From NCBI RefSeq assembly GCF_037042905.1, contig NC_087252.1:6078001-6142000 (forward strand): a DNA stretch of 64,000 nt. Reading direction: 5' to 3'. Position 1 is the stretch's first letter. Each line of letters opens with the position of its first letter. The translations under genes and the position numbers were made by a program. The notes beneath the pieces were generated by a model. That model was not told where the DNA came from. It was given only the letters and a program-made list of their open reading frames with translations, and ran no database searches. Shown here piece by piece: positions 53,121 through 64,000 of this stretch. Origin of the DNA: Lytechinus pictus. Its lineage: Eukaryota.

Positions 53121-53308
53121 AGATGTTCTAAGAATTCATAATAAAAAAAATGCATTCTGTGTAACTTGTCAGGAGGTCATCTGACAGCAGATAGCAGACC
53201 TATACAGCAGTATACCATTCATTGTATACATTAGAAGGATTTGTTATAAAACAAATGTTTTCTGGTGAAATTGCCAGAGATTCTTCTGGCAGCTTATGAC
53301 CAGACCTG

Positions 53309-53586
53309 GGCCCCGTCTAACAAAGAGTCGCGATTGATCCTATTAACCACAACGATGGATAGCCAGTAACCATGGTAACGTCAACATCTAAAATGTGTGT
53401 TTATTCAAAACTGTTTTCTAGATAAAGATGGCTTTTCATACATTCATCATTTTCTTAAAAATTCAGGGTGCTTCCCCTTTTCCACTAAGTACATCATGCA
53501 AATTTTCTGTAGAAAAAATATGACATTGGTGGATTTTCATAGAGTTGAGGTGATGGGTCAATCGTAACTCTTTGTAAGACGGGGCT
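53309..53586. mobile_element. Harbinger-type MITE with CTG TSD
   Basis: CTG|GGCCCCGTCTAACAAAGAGTCGCGATTGA ... TCAATCGTAACTCTTTGTAAGACGGGGCT|CTG. Confidence 0.85.
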
Positions 53587-53992
53587 CTGATGTCATTCAA
53601 TGTGGTCATGTGCATTTTACCTTCAAAACTCTCCCCTACTTCAAAGTAACTCGTGTCTTCTCTCGTTAGTATTCCCTTCGATGATGACATCAATCCATCA
53701 GCACTGGAATCAAAGAAAATCCTCTGAGCTATTCCGTGAATAAATATAGCATCATGATGAATAGGGTTGAGACAGAAGAATGTCCGACAGACAGACAGAT
53801 AGACAGAAAATGGCGTACAGACGTCATTTTCCTGGATGGGAGGTAACCAAACACCTTTGCCTTATTCTGATCTCGATGTGTCCTGTATTTCGACTGTCCA
53901 CATCTGGTCACCCTGGGTGCAAAACGTCTTCTTCATCAATCTATTCGCGGTGTCCACTCCAGTTTGAGGTGTTGGAGGGGAAGGTAAGATAC

Positions 53993-54146
53993 ATGACTTT
54001 TAAACTTAAGAACAGAATTTCTCCATGTGGAAGGTATTTCACATCGGTCTAGTATCTTATGAGAAATGAATGACTTTTAAAATTAAGAACAGAATTTCTC
54101 CATGTGGAAGGTATTTCACATCGGTCTAGTATCTTATGAGAAATGA
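53993..54146 (+). repeat. 77-bp tandem duplication of unique sequence
   Basis: ATGACTTTTAAA(C/A)TTAAGAACAG...TATGAGAAATGA occurs at 53993 and 54070 with one mismatch. Confidence 0.95.
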
Positions 54147-54254
54147 AATGCTTCAAAGATTTGTTGAATGCGAAGTGTTTACATGTTGTTGTTTGTGTAT
54201 ATAGTTAAGAAACGTTATAATATGACGGGGGGGGGTAAAAATCAAGAAAATGAT

Positions 54255-54470
54255 TGATTGATGATGATGAGGGTGGTGATGATGATGATAGTGACGATGC
54301 TGATGATAATGATGATGATGATGGTGATAATGAGGGTGGTGGTAGTAGTGATGATGACGATAATGATGATGATGATGATGATAATGATTATGATGATATG
54401 ATAATGATCAGGAGGAGGAGGATGATGATGATAATGATGATGATTGTGGTGATGGTAGCGATGATGATGA
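54255..54470. repeat. (GAT)n-rich microsatellite
   Basis: Direct reading; source of the poly-D ORF. Confidence 0.93.
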
Positions 54471-55970
54471 GGGGCACATTTTCCTTACGAGGAAACCCAA
54501 TAAAAAGAATTTATCATACTCCAGACCTGTAGACAATATTCTAGTTTTAAACAATCGGGAATGTCATGTTCAGATCATTCGTCAGTCTACGAGGGGATAG
54601 AGTAGGGTTGAGAGGGTCTCATATTTCCCGTCATAGAACGTTGTCATCATCGCTCATTAATATTGACTCCAAGCTCCTTTCACCATCCCGAGAGCATTAA
54701 AAGACTCGAGATTCAAGAGTGTTAGGTGTGTTCACATTGCCGACATTTTTAAGTCTTACTGTGTTGAAATTATCAAATGCTTTCAGCTTTTTGATTTGTA
54801 TTAAACCCTAAATTACGAACAACTGTCTTAATGTCGTCGACGTTCATTGTGTTCATATTCAAATACGTCCCTCTCAAATGCTGTTGTTTGTGATGTTGTT
54901 ATTATCATTGTTTTGCTAATACTGAAATGTCTTATCAAAACATGTATCCGTATTAGGCAAAATGGTAGGAATGTGTAGGAATGGATTCCATAATGTAATC
55001 TCGAAACTTTGGTTTGTGTTAACAGGCCCGCCCTAGACTCAAGAGTGAAGAGGTAAAAGCTGTAGTTTCCTGGCGAGATGTTTTTCCTCCAACCATCTAC
55101 AGCATTACAAAGCACGTAGACCACTCCAATCAGATCAATAGAATACAGAAAGGGGTTTATGATATCACTATAACACTTTCACAACCAAACGTCAATCCAT
55201 GCTTTACATGTATACCAACTTCGGAAGAGACTTTTTTTTCTTAATCCGTATCATCTGATTATTGCCCTTCTTTCTTCTTTTAATACTCGATTGTTTTAAT
55301 CACTGAATTTTCGATGGCTTCAAAAAAGATTGTTATATACTTGACATATTTAACTTCCAGAGAAGATTATTGAAGAAGCGTCCTTCCTTTGTCGCTTCAC
55401 AGCTCTCCCCTCACTCTTTTCATTTTATTTTTATACTATAAGATTGTTATGGAAAGAAAGAATATGATCATACGATAACTATAACTAAGATGACCATGTT
55501 ACACGAGACTTGTTTGATGTAACAATGCACAATATCTATTATAAGTCTACTATCAGCCAATCGAATTAAATGATCTCAATAACTTTGAAATGTTGTTGCA
55601 AATTTGTTATCTTAACAAGTTTATGAGACTGGCTCAATGTTCGTTCAACTTTATTACCATCATGAACAAAGTGAAAGCAAGGGGTAAGAGAAGGGGCAGA
55701 GAGAGGGGGTGGGGAGAGGGAGAGAGCGAGAGAGAAAAGGTAGAGAAGGGGTGTTTAGGAGAGAAAATTATATAGGTGATGACCTTGGCAGCCATTCCTG
55801 TTGCCGAGAGATGTGCCCCTCCCCATCCCACACCCATCCCTCGATTTAGAAATAATGTGAAAGACATCCTATGGGAATAAATCTCCTCCCACCCCTGGCC
55901 CCCCCAAAAAATATAGCAATTGCTGCCTATGGTATATAGATAGATTGGGAGAGAGATTGAAAGAGGGGAT

Positions 55971-56330
55971 CACTAGCGTACCTAAGGGGGGGCAGACTGC
56001 CCCCCCCCCCCTGACGAGTCACAACACATGCAAGGAACGTACCCCTGCCCCCCTCCCCTCTGACGAGTCAAAACTGATCCCACAAGTGGCCCCCTCTTTA
56101 GAACTTGAAGACCTTTTTTTTTTTGCTTGTCAATTTTTATTTCTATTACGAAATCCTCTATTATTTTGGGTTGAAGACCTTTTTCCTTTTTTTTTGGCTT
56201 GTCAATTTTTTTTCTGGTGCGAAATCCTTTATTAGTGGTTGAAGACCTTTTTTTTTTTTTTTTTGCTTGTCAAATTTTTGGCGGACGAATTTGCCCCCCC
56301 CCCCTTTGGAAAATCCTGGGTACGCCACTG
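55971..56330. mobile_element. hAT-type MITE
   Basis: Perfect 8-bp TSD GAGGGGAT (55963-55970, 56331-56338). TIR CACTAGCGTACC ... GGTACGCCACTG. Three internal TTGAAGACCTTTT...GCTTGTCAA repeats. Confidence 0.88.
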
Positions 56331-56344
56331 GAGGGGATGGAGGG

Positions 56345-56515
56345 GAAGAAAGAAAGGAAGGAAGGAAGGAAGGAAGGAAGGAAGGAAGGAAGGAAGGAAG
56401 GAAGGAAGGAAGGAAGGAAGGAAGGAAGGAAGGAAGGAAGGAAGGAAGGAAGGAAGGAAGGAAGGAAGGAAGGAAGGAAGGAAGGAAGGAAGGAAGGAAG
56501 GAAGGAAGGAAGGAA

Positions 56516-56612
<97 letters not shown>

Positions 56613-56623
56613 GAAGGAAGGAA

Positions 56624-56700
<77 letters not shown>

Positions 56701-56720
56701 GAAGAAAGAAAGAAAAAAAA
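56345..56720. repeat. (GGAA)n/(GAAA)n compound microsatellite
   Basis: Direct reading; explains the RKEG/RKKE ORFs in all three frames. Confidence 0.98.
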
Positions 56721-58005
56721 AGAAATACAGAAAGAAAGAAAAAGAGAAATTGAATTAATGAGAAAGAAAGGAGAGAGGGGGATTGGGGGAGAGAGTGAGG
56801 AGGGATCGATACTGACCTCTCTTACTTATACTTTCAAATTAGAATTCCCTTCATTCTCTTTCGTGTACGAAACACACCAAGCCGGACGCATCGGGCTACT
56901 ATCCTGTCAGACACTCCACTGGTTTTGCCGTGATGGCGAATATATATTTTTGGCACTGTCTTGCTATTTCCACGTGTTTTATTAACGTATGTGTCTTCAA
57001 CTATGTCAAACAGGATACATTTATGTTCAGGCACGCCATCCTGTACATCTCAAATAATGTAGTAGTGCCAGGGAAATATAAATACGAAATATATAATTGG
57101 GTTGGAATGTGACTGAGAGGGGGGTAGTCTTCAAGCACAGACTCATTTTTGACACTTCAACCAAAAACAGCTAGGTCTAGAGTAAAGACTATTATAGACG
57201 CCAAATACCCTGTCTGTGTAGAGCCAGCCACAGTACATAGTGAATCTAGTCTCACTTTTTCAGACTCTGCATTATGCAATATGTGAATTGAGAAAACCAA
57301 GGGTCTGCACCTGCAGACTAGGGTGAGGGCCCAGCCCGAATCTAGCCGGATAAAACACAATAGAGAGACCGACTATCAATCAACAATTTACATTGATGAC
57401 CATCCGTTGTATGCTGTGGTACAGGCACTCCAAAGAAAACTTCTTTAGAAAAATCAACGCTATTTACGTTATTTCGAAAAGATCATCATCTGTCGGTTTC
57501 GAGTCGGTTGTTGTGGGTATAAAGCATATAATTCATGGTAAATATTATATTCTACATCATACATGTATTAAGAACTCGGATGTTGATCAATCGAACTTAT
57601 ATAATGAAGCATCTAGCAAAGTTGGGTTGTTGTTTTTCTTCACATCTCAAGTTCAATGCCAAAATAAGCGGTTTAACCAAAATCCCTTCCCTCTTTGTCC
57701 ACACCCAAATAGCATGCTTAGATTTCATTTAGCACATATCAATACGAATTAAAGTAATTACTAAGTGTCTATCATTGCATAATTGATATCTTTAATCCAT
57801 ATATTGAACATTTCAACAAACATTTATTGTTGAACTTTGTGTCACTATTATTTCAAATTTCGTTAAATTTAGGGATGGATTTTTCCTTCAAAGCGAATTT
57901 CCCGTGATATCGACAAGGGGAAAGAGCCCTCCACGACGCAAGATGGCTCCCTTCACTTAAACTGCTATGAAGGCATTGAGGATGTGTATAAAATGTGATA
58001 TTTGG

Positions 58006-58213
58006 GGTGACACGACATTTGCACCGGCGACAATTGCTCCGGGCTTTATTTCTTCGAAGATACAGGGTTAGGGTTGCAATAGGTTTTTATGTTAGGTTAA
58101 GGGTTTGGTTTAGGATAGGGTAAAGTGTTAAATCCAGGGTTGAAGTTGGTCATTCCGTTAGTGTGTGGAATTTACAGCGGAGCAATTGTCGCCGGAGCAA
58201 ATGTCAAGGAACC
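58006..58213 (+). mobile_element. Second copy of the TTAGGG-interior MITE
   Basis: Collinear with 26173-26398. TIR GACATTTGCACCGGCGACAATTGCTCCG / CGGAGCAATTGTCGCCGGAGCAAATGTC. Confidence 0.85.
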
Positions 58214-58314
58214 GATTTTTTTATTAATCTTTTTTCGGGGTGGTTAAAAGTGAGATTTCTGGCCGTCATTCTCACCCCCACATTTACACACACGCACGCA
58301 TACCATCCATCTCT

Positions 58315-58331
58315 CACCCCCCCCCCCCCCA

Positions 58332-58369
<38 letters not shown>

Positions 58370-58700
58370 CATCACTCCCTATCTCTCCCTCTGTCTCTCT
58401 TTCTCTCACTCATTCACTTACTCTATCTATCCATCCATCTATCTATCTATTCATCTATCTGTCAATCTATACCTCTCTTTCTGTCCTTTTCTTTTTCTTG
58501 CTATCGTTCTTCCATTCACACACCCGTATATCCGCTCATTCGGTATAATGTTTTTAGTTCACATCGCTTCTTCCACCCCCAACTCTTACTCTCTCACCCT
58601 CTCTCTCGACATGTACATGGTATTCTTAAATTTCCTTCCTACCCCCCCCCCTCCTCCTCCCTCTCTCTCTCTCTCTATCACACTCTCTTCCTCCATTTCC
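58315..58700. repeat. CT-rich and (ATCT)n low-complexity tract
   Basis: Direct reading; underlies ORF 58163..58927. Confidence 0.8.
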
Positions 58701-59936
58701 CTCATTCGTGCCATATGTTACTTCTAAATAATATTACCCCTGCATTTTCTCTAAATATGTTTACCCCGATATCTCTGTATCAATTCACTCTTTTCATACA
58801 GATCATTCAAATACACAAAAAAGATACACATTACCCGCTGTTTTATGTTACATGCATTCATTTATTTCAAGTTATCCAAACAGTCATCAATGCAGATGTA
58901 CTTTCATCTGCCAATGAAATTGTGTGACGTCACATTCATACTGTACAGTAAGAATCGGTTACTCATAGGCCTTATAGTCGTCTCTAAAATCGTAGGTCTT
59001 TGTCGTTTTGGGTGAGATTCTTCATCGGCTTAGCTTAGATGGCGCCAGCTCCCGCTCCTGTGAAAGAACAGGGAAAATGTTTATAATAATAAATAATTTT
59101 TGCTGCATAATGTAATACTGCGGGATTCATTTCATTTGCCCTTAAAACTTTTATATTTTAAAATATTTTTCCCCACATTTTTTCTCCTCAGTGCGTCTCG
59201 GAAAGAAAACGACACTACAAGTATTTGCAGGTTTTCACCACAACCCATTGACTTCGAACAATCTGAGCCGCAACGTGCCATTTGTCACTTGCGTTTGTAA
59301 TACCATTATGTTGTTGAAATGAATCCTTGAAAAGAAATGTTCCTGAAAAAAGGTTCTTCAAAAAAGGGGGAAATAAGGCGACTGCAAATCACCACACAAA
59401 TTTCATTCTTTTAAATGTAACAACCAGAAATCACACGAAAAATTTTAAACCATAATTTAGGTATCTGAAAATTACTTGCACTCATTTTTCCCATTGCTGG
59501 ATATTTTTTAGATCTATTTAAACATTGTGAAATTCAGAAATACATCACACATAACATATCGAAGTTCGATATTTTTTTTTCATGGGGGATTAGACCTTTT
59601 AGAAAATCAACCAATGGCTTAAGGGAATCAGACATATGCAAATGTGCTATGTAAAGAAAATGTGTTTCAATATCATAGAGAAAAGAAAATGGAGAATAAA
59701 TGTTTCTTGGGGATTGCAAATGTGTTTACACCCACTTCTACATACATCATCCAACATGATTTAATCCTATTTATCTCAAACCACTTTGTCTACTAACCAC
59801 TTGCTCTAACTGCCAATTAGCTAATTCCCAATTTTGTCTACTTCACCGATAGGCTGTACCCATTTTGACTAATATTCCCGTAGTTTAACATGAATATTGG
59901 TCTATATGGGTTCATGAATAGTTTATAAACCAAACT

Positions 59937-60052
59937 ATAGCGTATTTTAGCATCCATTACGCAGACACTTTCTGTAACGTTCAGAATCTATTGAGAATGC
60001 CCGTCAAATCACAATGGACAGTTTAGGCCATTGTCGAACCTTGGTGGACCAG
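59937..60052 (+). mobile_element. Palindromic family copy C, cut off by a Harbinger insertion
   Basis: Matches 22068-22181 up to GGTGGACC(A)G, where the Harbinger TIR begins. Confidence 0.75.
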
Positions 60053-60803
60053 GGCCCCGTTGCATAAAACTTTTGCCGGAGTTTTTTACGGCAAAAAATC
60101 AGGAAACTACGGCAAAAAAAAATTTGCCGGAGTTTTCCATTGCATAAAACTTTGCCGGAGTTTTTTACGGCAAAACTTAAAAAAAACTCCGGCAAATCAA
60201 GCGGGTTTTTGCCGTAGCTCCTGTACCAACGGCAAAGTCCTAAAAACTCCGGCAAAACTATTTCAAGGCAGCTGCTCAGGATCTGTCCCAAGTACCATAT
60301 ACAGTATTCACCTGTCTACGGCTTCAAGAATAATTAGAAGGGTGACATAAGCCTTGTATAGGCTACGCAATAAGGTAATTACAGAAAATTTCATTTAATT
60401 TAGCAAAAATAGGGCCTAGGAAGATCTAGATTTTAAGTGAAGTGGGGGTAATAATAGTTGGTGGTTTAATTTTTTAAAATTTATCAACCCTGTGACAGCT
60501 CAATAATAAAAATCTTCTAAGATAGAATCTAGTTCTAGTTTAAGTAAATCTATATGATTATAGTGTTTTTGAAAAGTTATGCTGTGAATAGAGCGATGCA
60601 GTTGGACTAAACCCTTTAAATTACTCAAAACATAAGGCTTTAAAGTTGAACTTGAACTTAGGCAGTCTGCTCTTTTTCTTTGCTACCTACCGTGACCTTT
60701 ATCGCCAAAGCCTCCGGCTGGCGAGTTGGCCGCTGGTTCAACCTCTATGCGATATGCGACGATGTGTTGTTAGAGTACCTCCTTAAATCATGTCAAGTAA
60801 ATA

Positions 60804-61080
60804 AGACATGGCAAAGGTAAAATAATACCAATGGGCACTCCTAACCTGACATTTGAAGTTGCGCGTACTTTATTTTTGCAAGATTGGGACTAGGCCGTAA
60901 CGACTGCTAGTTCAAGTTTTTAACGATTGAACAGACTTGTACTGCAAGTTCAATTTTACGAGGAAAACTTGAATAGCAGTCGATACGGCCTAGTCCCACA
61001 CTTGCAAAAATAAGTTGGAACTTCAAAGTAAGGTTAGGACGCGCCCATTGGACATCTTAATTTCTCACCTTTGCCAGTCT
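60804..61080. repeat. ~280-bp imperfect inverted repeat
   Basis: TTATTTTTGCAAG..TGGGACTAGGCCGTA.CGACTGCTA.TTCAAGTTTT / AAAACTTGAATAGCAGTCGATACGGCCTAGTCCCA..CTTGCAAAAATAA; outer arms TGGCAAAGGT / ACCTTTGCCA. Confidence 0.8.
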
Positions 61081-62057
61081 CATTTTTCTTTAACAGGTCA
61101 TAAAAACTGGGTGATGATTGAGAAGGAGGGGCATGCCGGAGGAGGTCTATCTTTCACTCAAAACAGACCTAACTTATATTTTTCTTCCCCGTCGCTCGGC
61201 TTGCTCCAGTCCAAGACAGACGACGATCGAGCACGTAAACAAAAGGGGAAATGAAATATCCGACTGATATATTTATCAAAACTTACACTATATGTACAGT
61301 GACCCGAAATTTGTGTGGATTCCTTTTTAATTTCACACTTGTGTCTACATGTATGTGATAGAAGGCTGGGAACAAAATGTAATAAAGTAAGAAAAACTAG
61401 CCATCATCGAAAGTTCCTGAACGGGGACAACTGAGAGATGTTTTATTTTTTCTTTGTGGTTGCTTTATAAAACCCAGGAATGAAACTCAATTAATGATAA
61501 CCTCCATGATGGGACGAAACTGTTCCTGAACATCTAACATACAATGAGAGAGAGAGAGAAAGAGAGATAGCAAGAGGGGGATTATTCTGGAAGAAGGGGG
61601 GGGGGGTATACAGCCTAGGTCTACACATTGTATTTACATTGGATGAAAATATGTATATCCAAATTATTTGACAAGGAACAAATAATTAAATTCATCAATT
61701 CAATCACACCACCCCCTCCTCAATGCCATTATTCAAAACATTATAATATTGTTAGAAAAAGTGGAGGAAAACATTTTGTATCACATTTGTCCATAATATT
61801 TCAAAAAGCTTCTTTTTTGTTGTTGTTGCTTTCTCGGCAATGTTAAAAATATTTCCAAAATATCAAAATTAGCAATTTCATAAAACATAGATCCATAGTG
61901 TTAAAGGTGTGGCAATTATATGGGGGGGGGCGAACAAGACTTGATGTTTTTCTTGGTAATATTTTATGTAACAATCAAGAATATTTTCCTTTATGGGCCA
62001 AGAGGGATGGTGCAATTGTAGTTTTATAGTCGGAGGCCAACCTAAAGGTTAAATCAT

Positions 62058-62416
62058 TCTTTTTCTGTCAATTAAAATATCAGTCACACAAATCAGACAT
62101 CTCTTTCTTAATAATTCTCCTTTCTTTCTTTTTCTTCCTCTTCTCTCTCCCTTTCTCCTTTTTAAACAATTTAATTCTGAATTATATATTTAAAATAATT
62201 TAATTTGCAATTGAGAATGGGGAACACTCATCACTTATTAAGAACAGTTTTCTTCTCTCAATTAAATTACGGTCACGCAACTCAGACGTCTCTTTCTTAA
62301 TACTTTCTTTCTTTTTCTATCTCTTCTCTTGCAATTTATCCTCTTTTAAACAATTCATTTCTCATTGAATTATACATTTAAAATAATTTTATTCGCAATC
62401 ACTTATTAAGAACAGT
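62058..62416 (+). repeat. Diverged ~190-bp tandem duplication
   Basis: TCAATTAAA..GTCAC.CAA.TCAGAC.TCTCTTTCTTAATA ... TTTAAAATAATTT ... TCACTTATTAAGAACAGT occurs twice. Confidence 0.75.
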
Positions 62417-62608
62417 CAGAGTGACAGTCAAAAGAACTCGTTATGAACCATTATAATACTTTGAATTTATTTTATCAAGTCATATTTTAATTTCAATGCT
62501 AACAGTATCCCATACCCTTATATGCGTATTGAAAGATGTGATTGAATGTTGACAAGGTCCCTTTTCTTTTAAATCAACATAACATTACCATTGGAAAACG
62601 TTTTGCAG

Positions 62609-62713
62609 ATGGCGAATTGCAAGGCATCCTGTTGGGTAATGCAGGATATAGATTGGAACTATGGCTAATGACACCAGTGTGAGATCCACAATGCTGACAG
62701 ATCATATAACAGA
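62609..62713 (+). pseudogene. Decayed exon of a Harbinger (HARBI1-family) DDE transposase
   Basis: After TTTTGCAG it reads GELQGILLGNAGYRLELWLMTPV*DPQ, then after a frameshift ADRSYNR. This matches the family motif LLGDSGY.L..WLMTP..P...E..YN. The catalytic D is N and there is an in-frame TGA. Confidence 0.85.
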
Positions 62714-62953
62714 CTTGCAATATGAACATGTATAAATAAACTTTAAAACTGTTCTTGCACAGGGATTCCCATCAAGATTTCAGAACCTAAATTTTTATGT
62801 TGCATTGCAAGGCATTTGTTCAAATTCTACCGCAGTATTGAATGAATAACATTATGAGATGAGAATAAAGTTCAAGTTTAACTTTCTCAATCCTGAAGAA
62901 TGTAGTCTTCGTCATTTTTTTGTTCAAAATTATGAGGCAATGACATCAACAAC

Positions 62954-63114
62954 TTATGCCTAGGTCACATTCGCCAGCCGGTGGCATTATGGCGAGTCGA
63001 AATCAACCATTTTACTCATCCTTGTACCAGCTTCACGTAGGTGGTTCGTATAGTAATACATAAAACGACTGATTTCAACTCGCCGTAAGGCCACCAAATG
63101 TGACCAAGGTATAA
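62954..63114. mobile_element. Short palindromic MITE
   Basis: TTATGCCTAGGTCACATT..GTGGCATTATGGCGAGTCGAAATCA / TGATTTCAACTCGCCGTAAGGCCAC.AAATGTGACCAAGGTATAA. Confidence 0.75.
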
Positions 63115-63268
63115 CTCATTTTCATATTACTTGCTAAAATATATGCTTTTGGAAATTGCTAAAGTTCAAGGTGATTTACTTCATATTCTAAAAACAATAT
63201 TCAACAGGTTTCCAGTTTAAAAAAAATGCAGAGAAAGTTGCATTGTTCAATGTTACTACAGATTTCCA

Positions 63269-63596
63269 TTAACAAACTGCTGCAAACAATTGTGGATAAT
63301 TACAAAAATCAACATGGATGATTTTAAATGTTTGCAGCATAGCTTGCTGCATTCTGAGCGTCTCCTGCTGAACTTGCTGCAGATCCATGCTCCTGGTAAT
63401 TGGTGTGCTGGTCACAACAGCTAGAGCACCTTCTCTTCTCTTATGCTGGGTGTCATCTTGGCGTCCTACACAATCAACTAGACCCCATCTACCCTGGATG
63501 TCAATGGTGCCCCAGATTAGCTTGAGGCTCCGCCTTAACCTCCTTTTCCTCCTCTGGCTTTCCCATGTCCAGAAGCAGGCTGCCTTATTTGAAAGC
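63269..63596 (-). pseudogene. Candidate terminal exon of the Harbinger Myb/SANT-like accessory gene
   Basis: Minus-strand acceptor TATTATTTTCTTGATGTGCAG, higher GC, C-terminal coiled-coil-like MDLQQVQQETLRMQQAMLQTFKII, convergent with the transposase remnant. No Myb domain visible in the window. Confidence 0.35.
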
Positions 63597-64000
63597 TGCA
63601 CATCAAGAAAATAATATTTGACTTAACTTTTATTACATCTTCAACCATTCCGCATTGATTTTTTTTTAATTGACTTACTATGATTCAACATTTTTATTTC
63701 ATTTTGGAAATCTTAAATCATTTACCAACTCTGAACAAAAATCCCTCAATCTGGCAATAGTAGTTGAAGCTACTTACTATTCCTTGCTTAAATTTTCATG
63801 AGGAAAGAAAAACTATCCCCTTTAAAATTCAGATTTAATTAATTCAAAATGAATGATAGTAATTCTATGGGTTAGGGATAATTATTCTAGGTTTTAAAAA
63901 ATCTGAATTTTTCATTGTAAACCAGTTTGCCTATTTCTATAGGGAGAACCATCTTGTACAAATTTCAATCGAAATTATGCTCATTTTTCGAGAAAAATGA

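Larger units (their letters stand above)
60053..64000 (+). mobile_element. Large Harbinger/PIF-type element; left end seen, right end probably beyond the window
   Basis: CAG|GGCCCCGTTGCATAAAAC terminus; array of TTTGCCGGAGTTTT / TTTACGGCAAA subterminal repeats at 60070-60260; transposase remnant at 62609. The extent is inferred. Confidence 0.6.

Noticed and set aside
56199..56985. Long Lys/Arg/Glu-rich ORFs
   Set aside because: Open in all three frames because of (GGAA)n/(GAAA)n repeats.
57247..57320. TAGTCT...AGACTA as a tiny Academ-like MITE
   Set aside because: Very short IR, no TSD, single copy in the window.
58163..58927. Longest ORF (254 aa)
   Set aside because: Starts inside a MITE and runs through CT-rich low-complexity DNA that is poor in stop codons; no domain.

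Overview
AT-rich, repeat-dense eukaryotic DNA with no intact protein-coding gene, RNA gene, operon or CRISPR array that I can support. Nearly all tracked ORFs are microsatellite or low-complexity read-throughs. The repeat repertoire (tRNA-derived SINEs, TTAA-flanked Kolobok/T2-like MITEs, hAT- and Harbinger-type MITEs, long C/G runs, (AGT)n and (GAT)n tracts) suggests an invertebrate deuterostome, probably a sea urchin; this is inference. The main structure is a ~4.6-kb non-coding foldback element (37305-41921). It has ~1.8-kb near-identical inverted arms, a 31-bp palindromic tandem array in each arm, a core of nested mini-palindromes, TAT...ATA termini with a 6-bp GAAAAC duplication (IS3EU-like), and a 452-bp TAA-flanked MITE in the right arm only. 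The second structure is a Harbinger/PIF-type element starting at 60053 that probably runs off the window. Downstream of its TIR is a decayed transposase exon missed by the ORF track (GILLGNAGYRLELWLMTPV*DPQ/ADRSYNR, 62609-62713) and a convergent candidate exon of the Myb-like partner gene. The rest is MITEs of several superfamilies, SINE/LINE remnants, microsatellites and unique islands that may be cis-regulatory. All alignments were done by eye; no database search was run.
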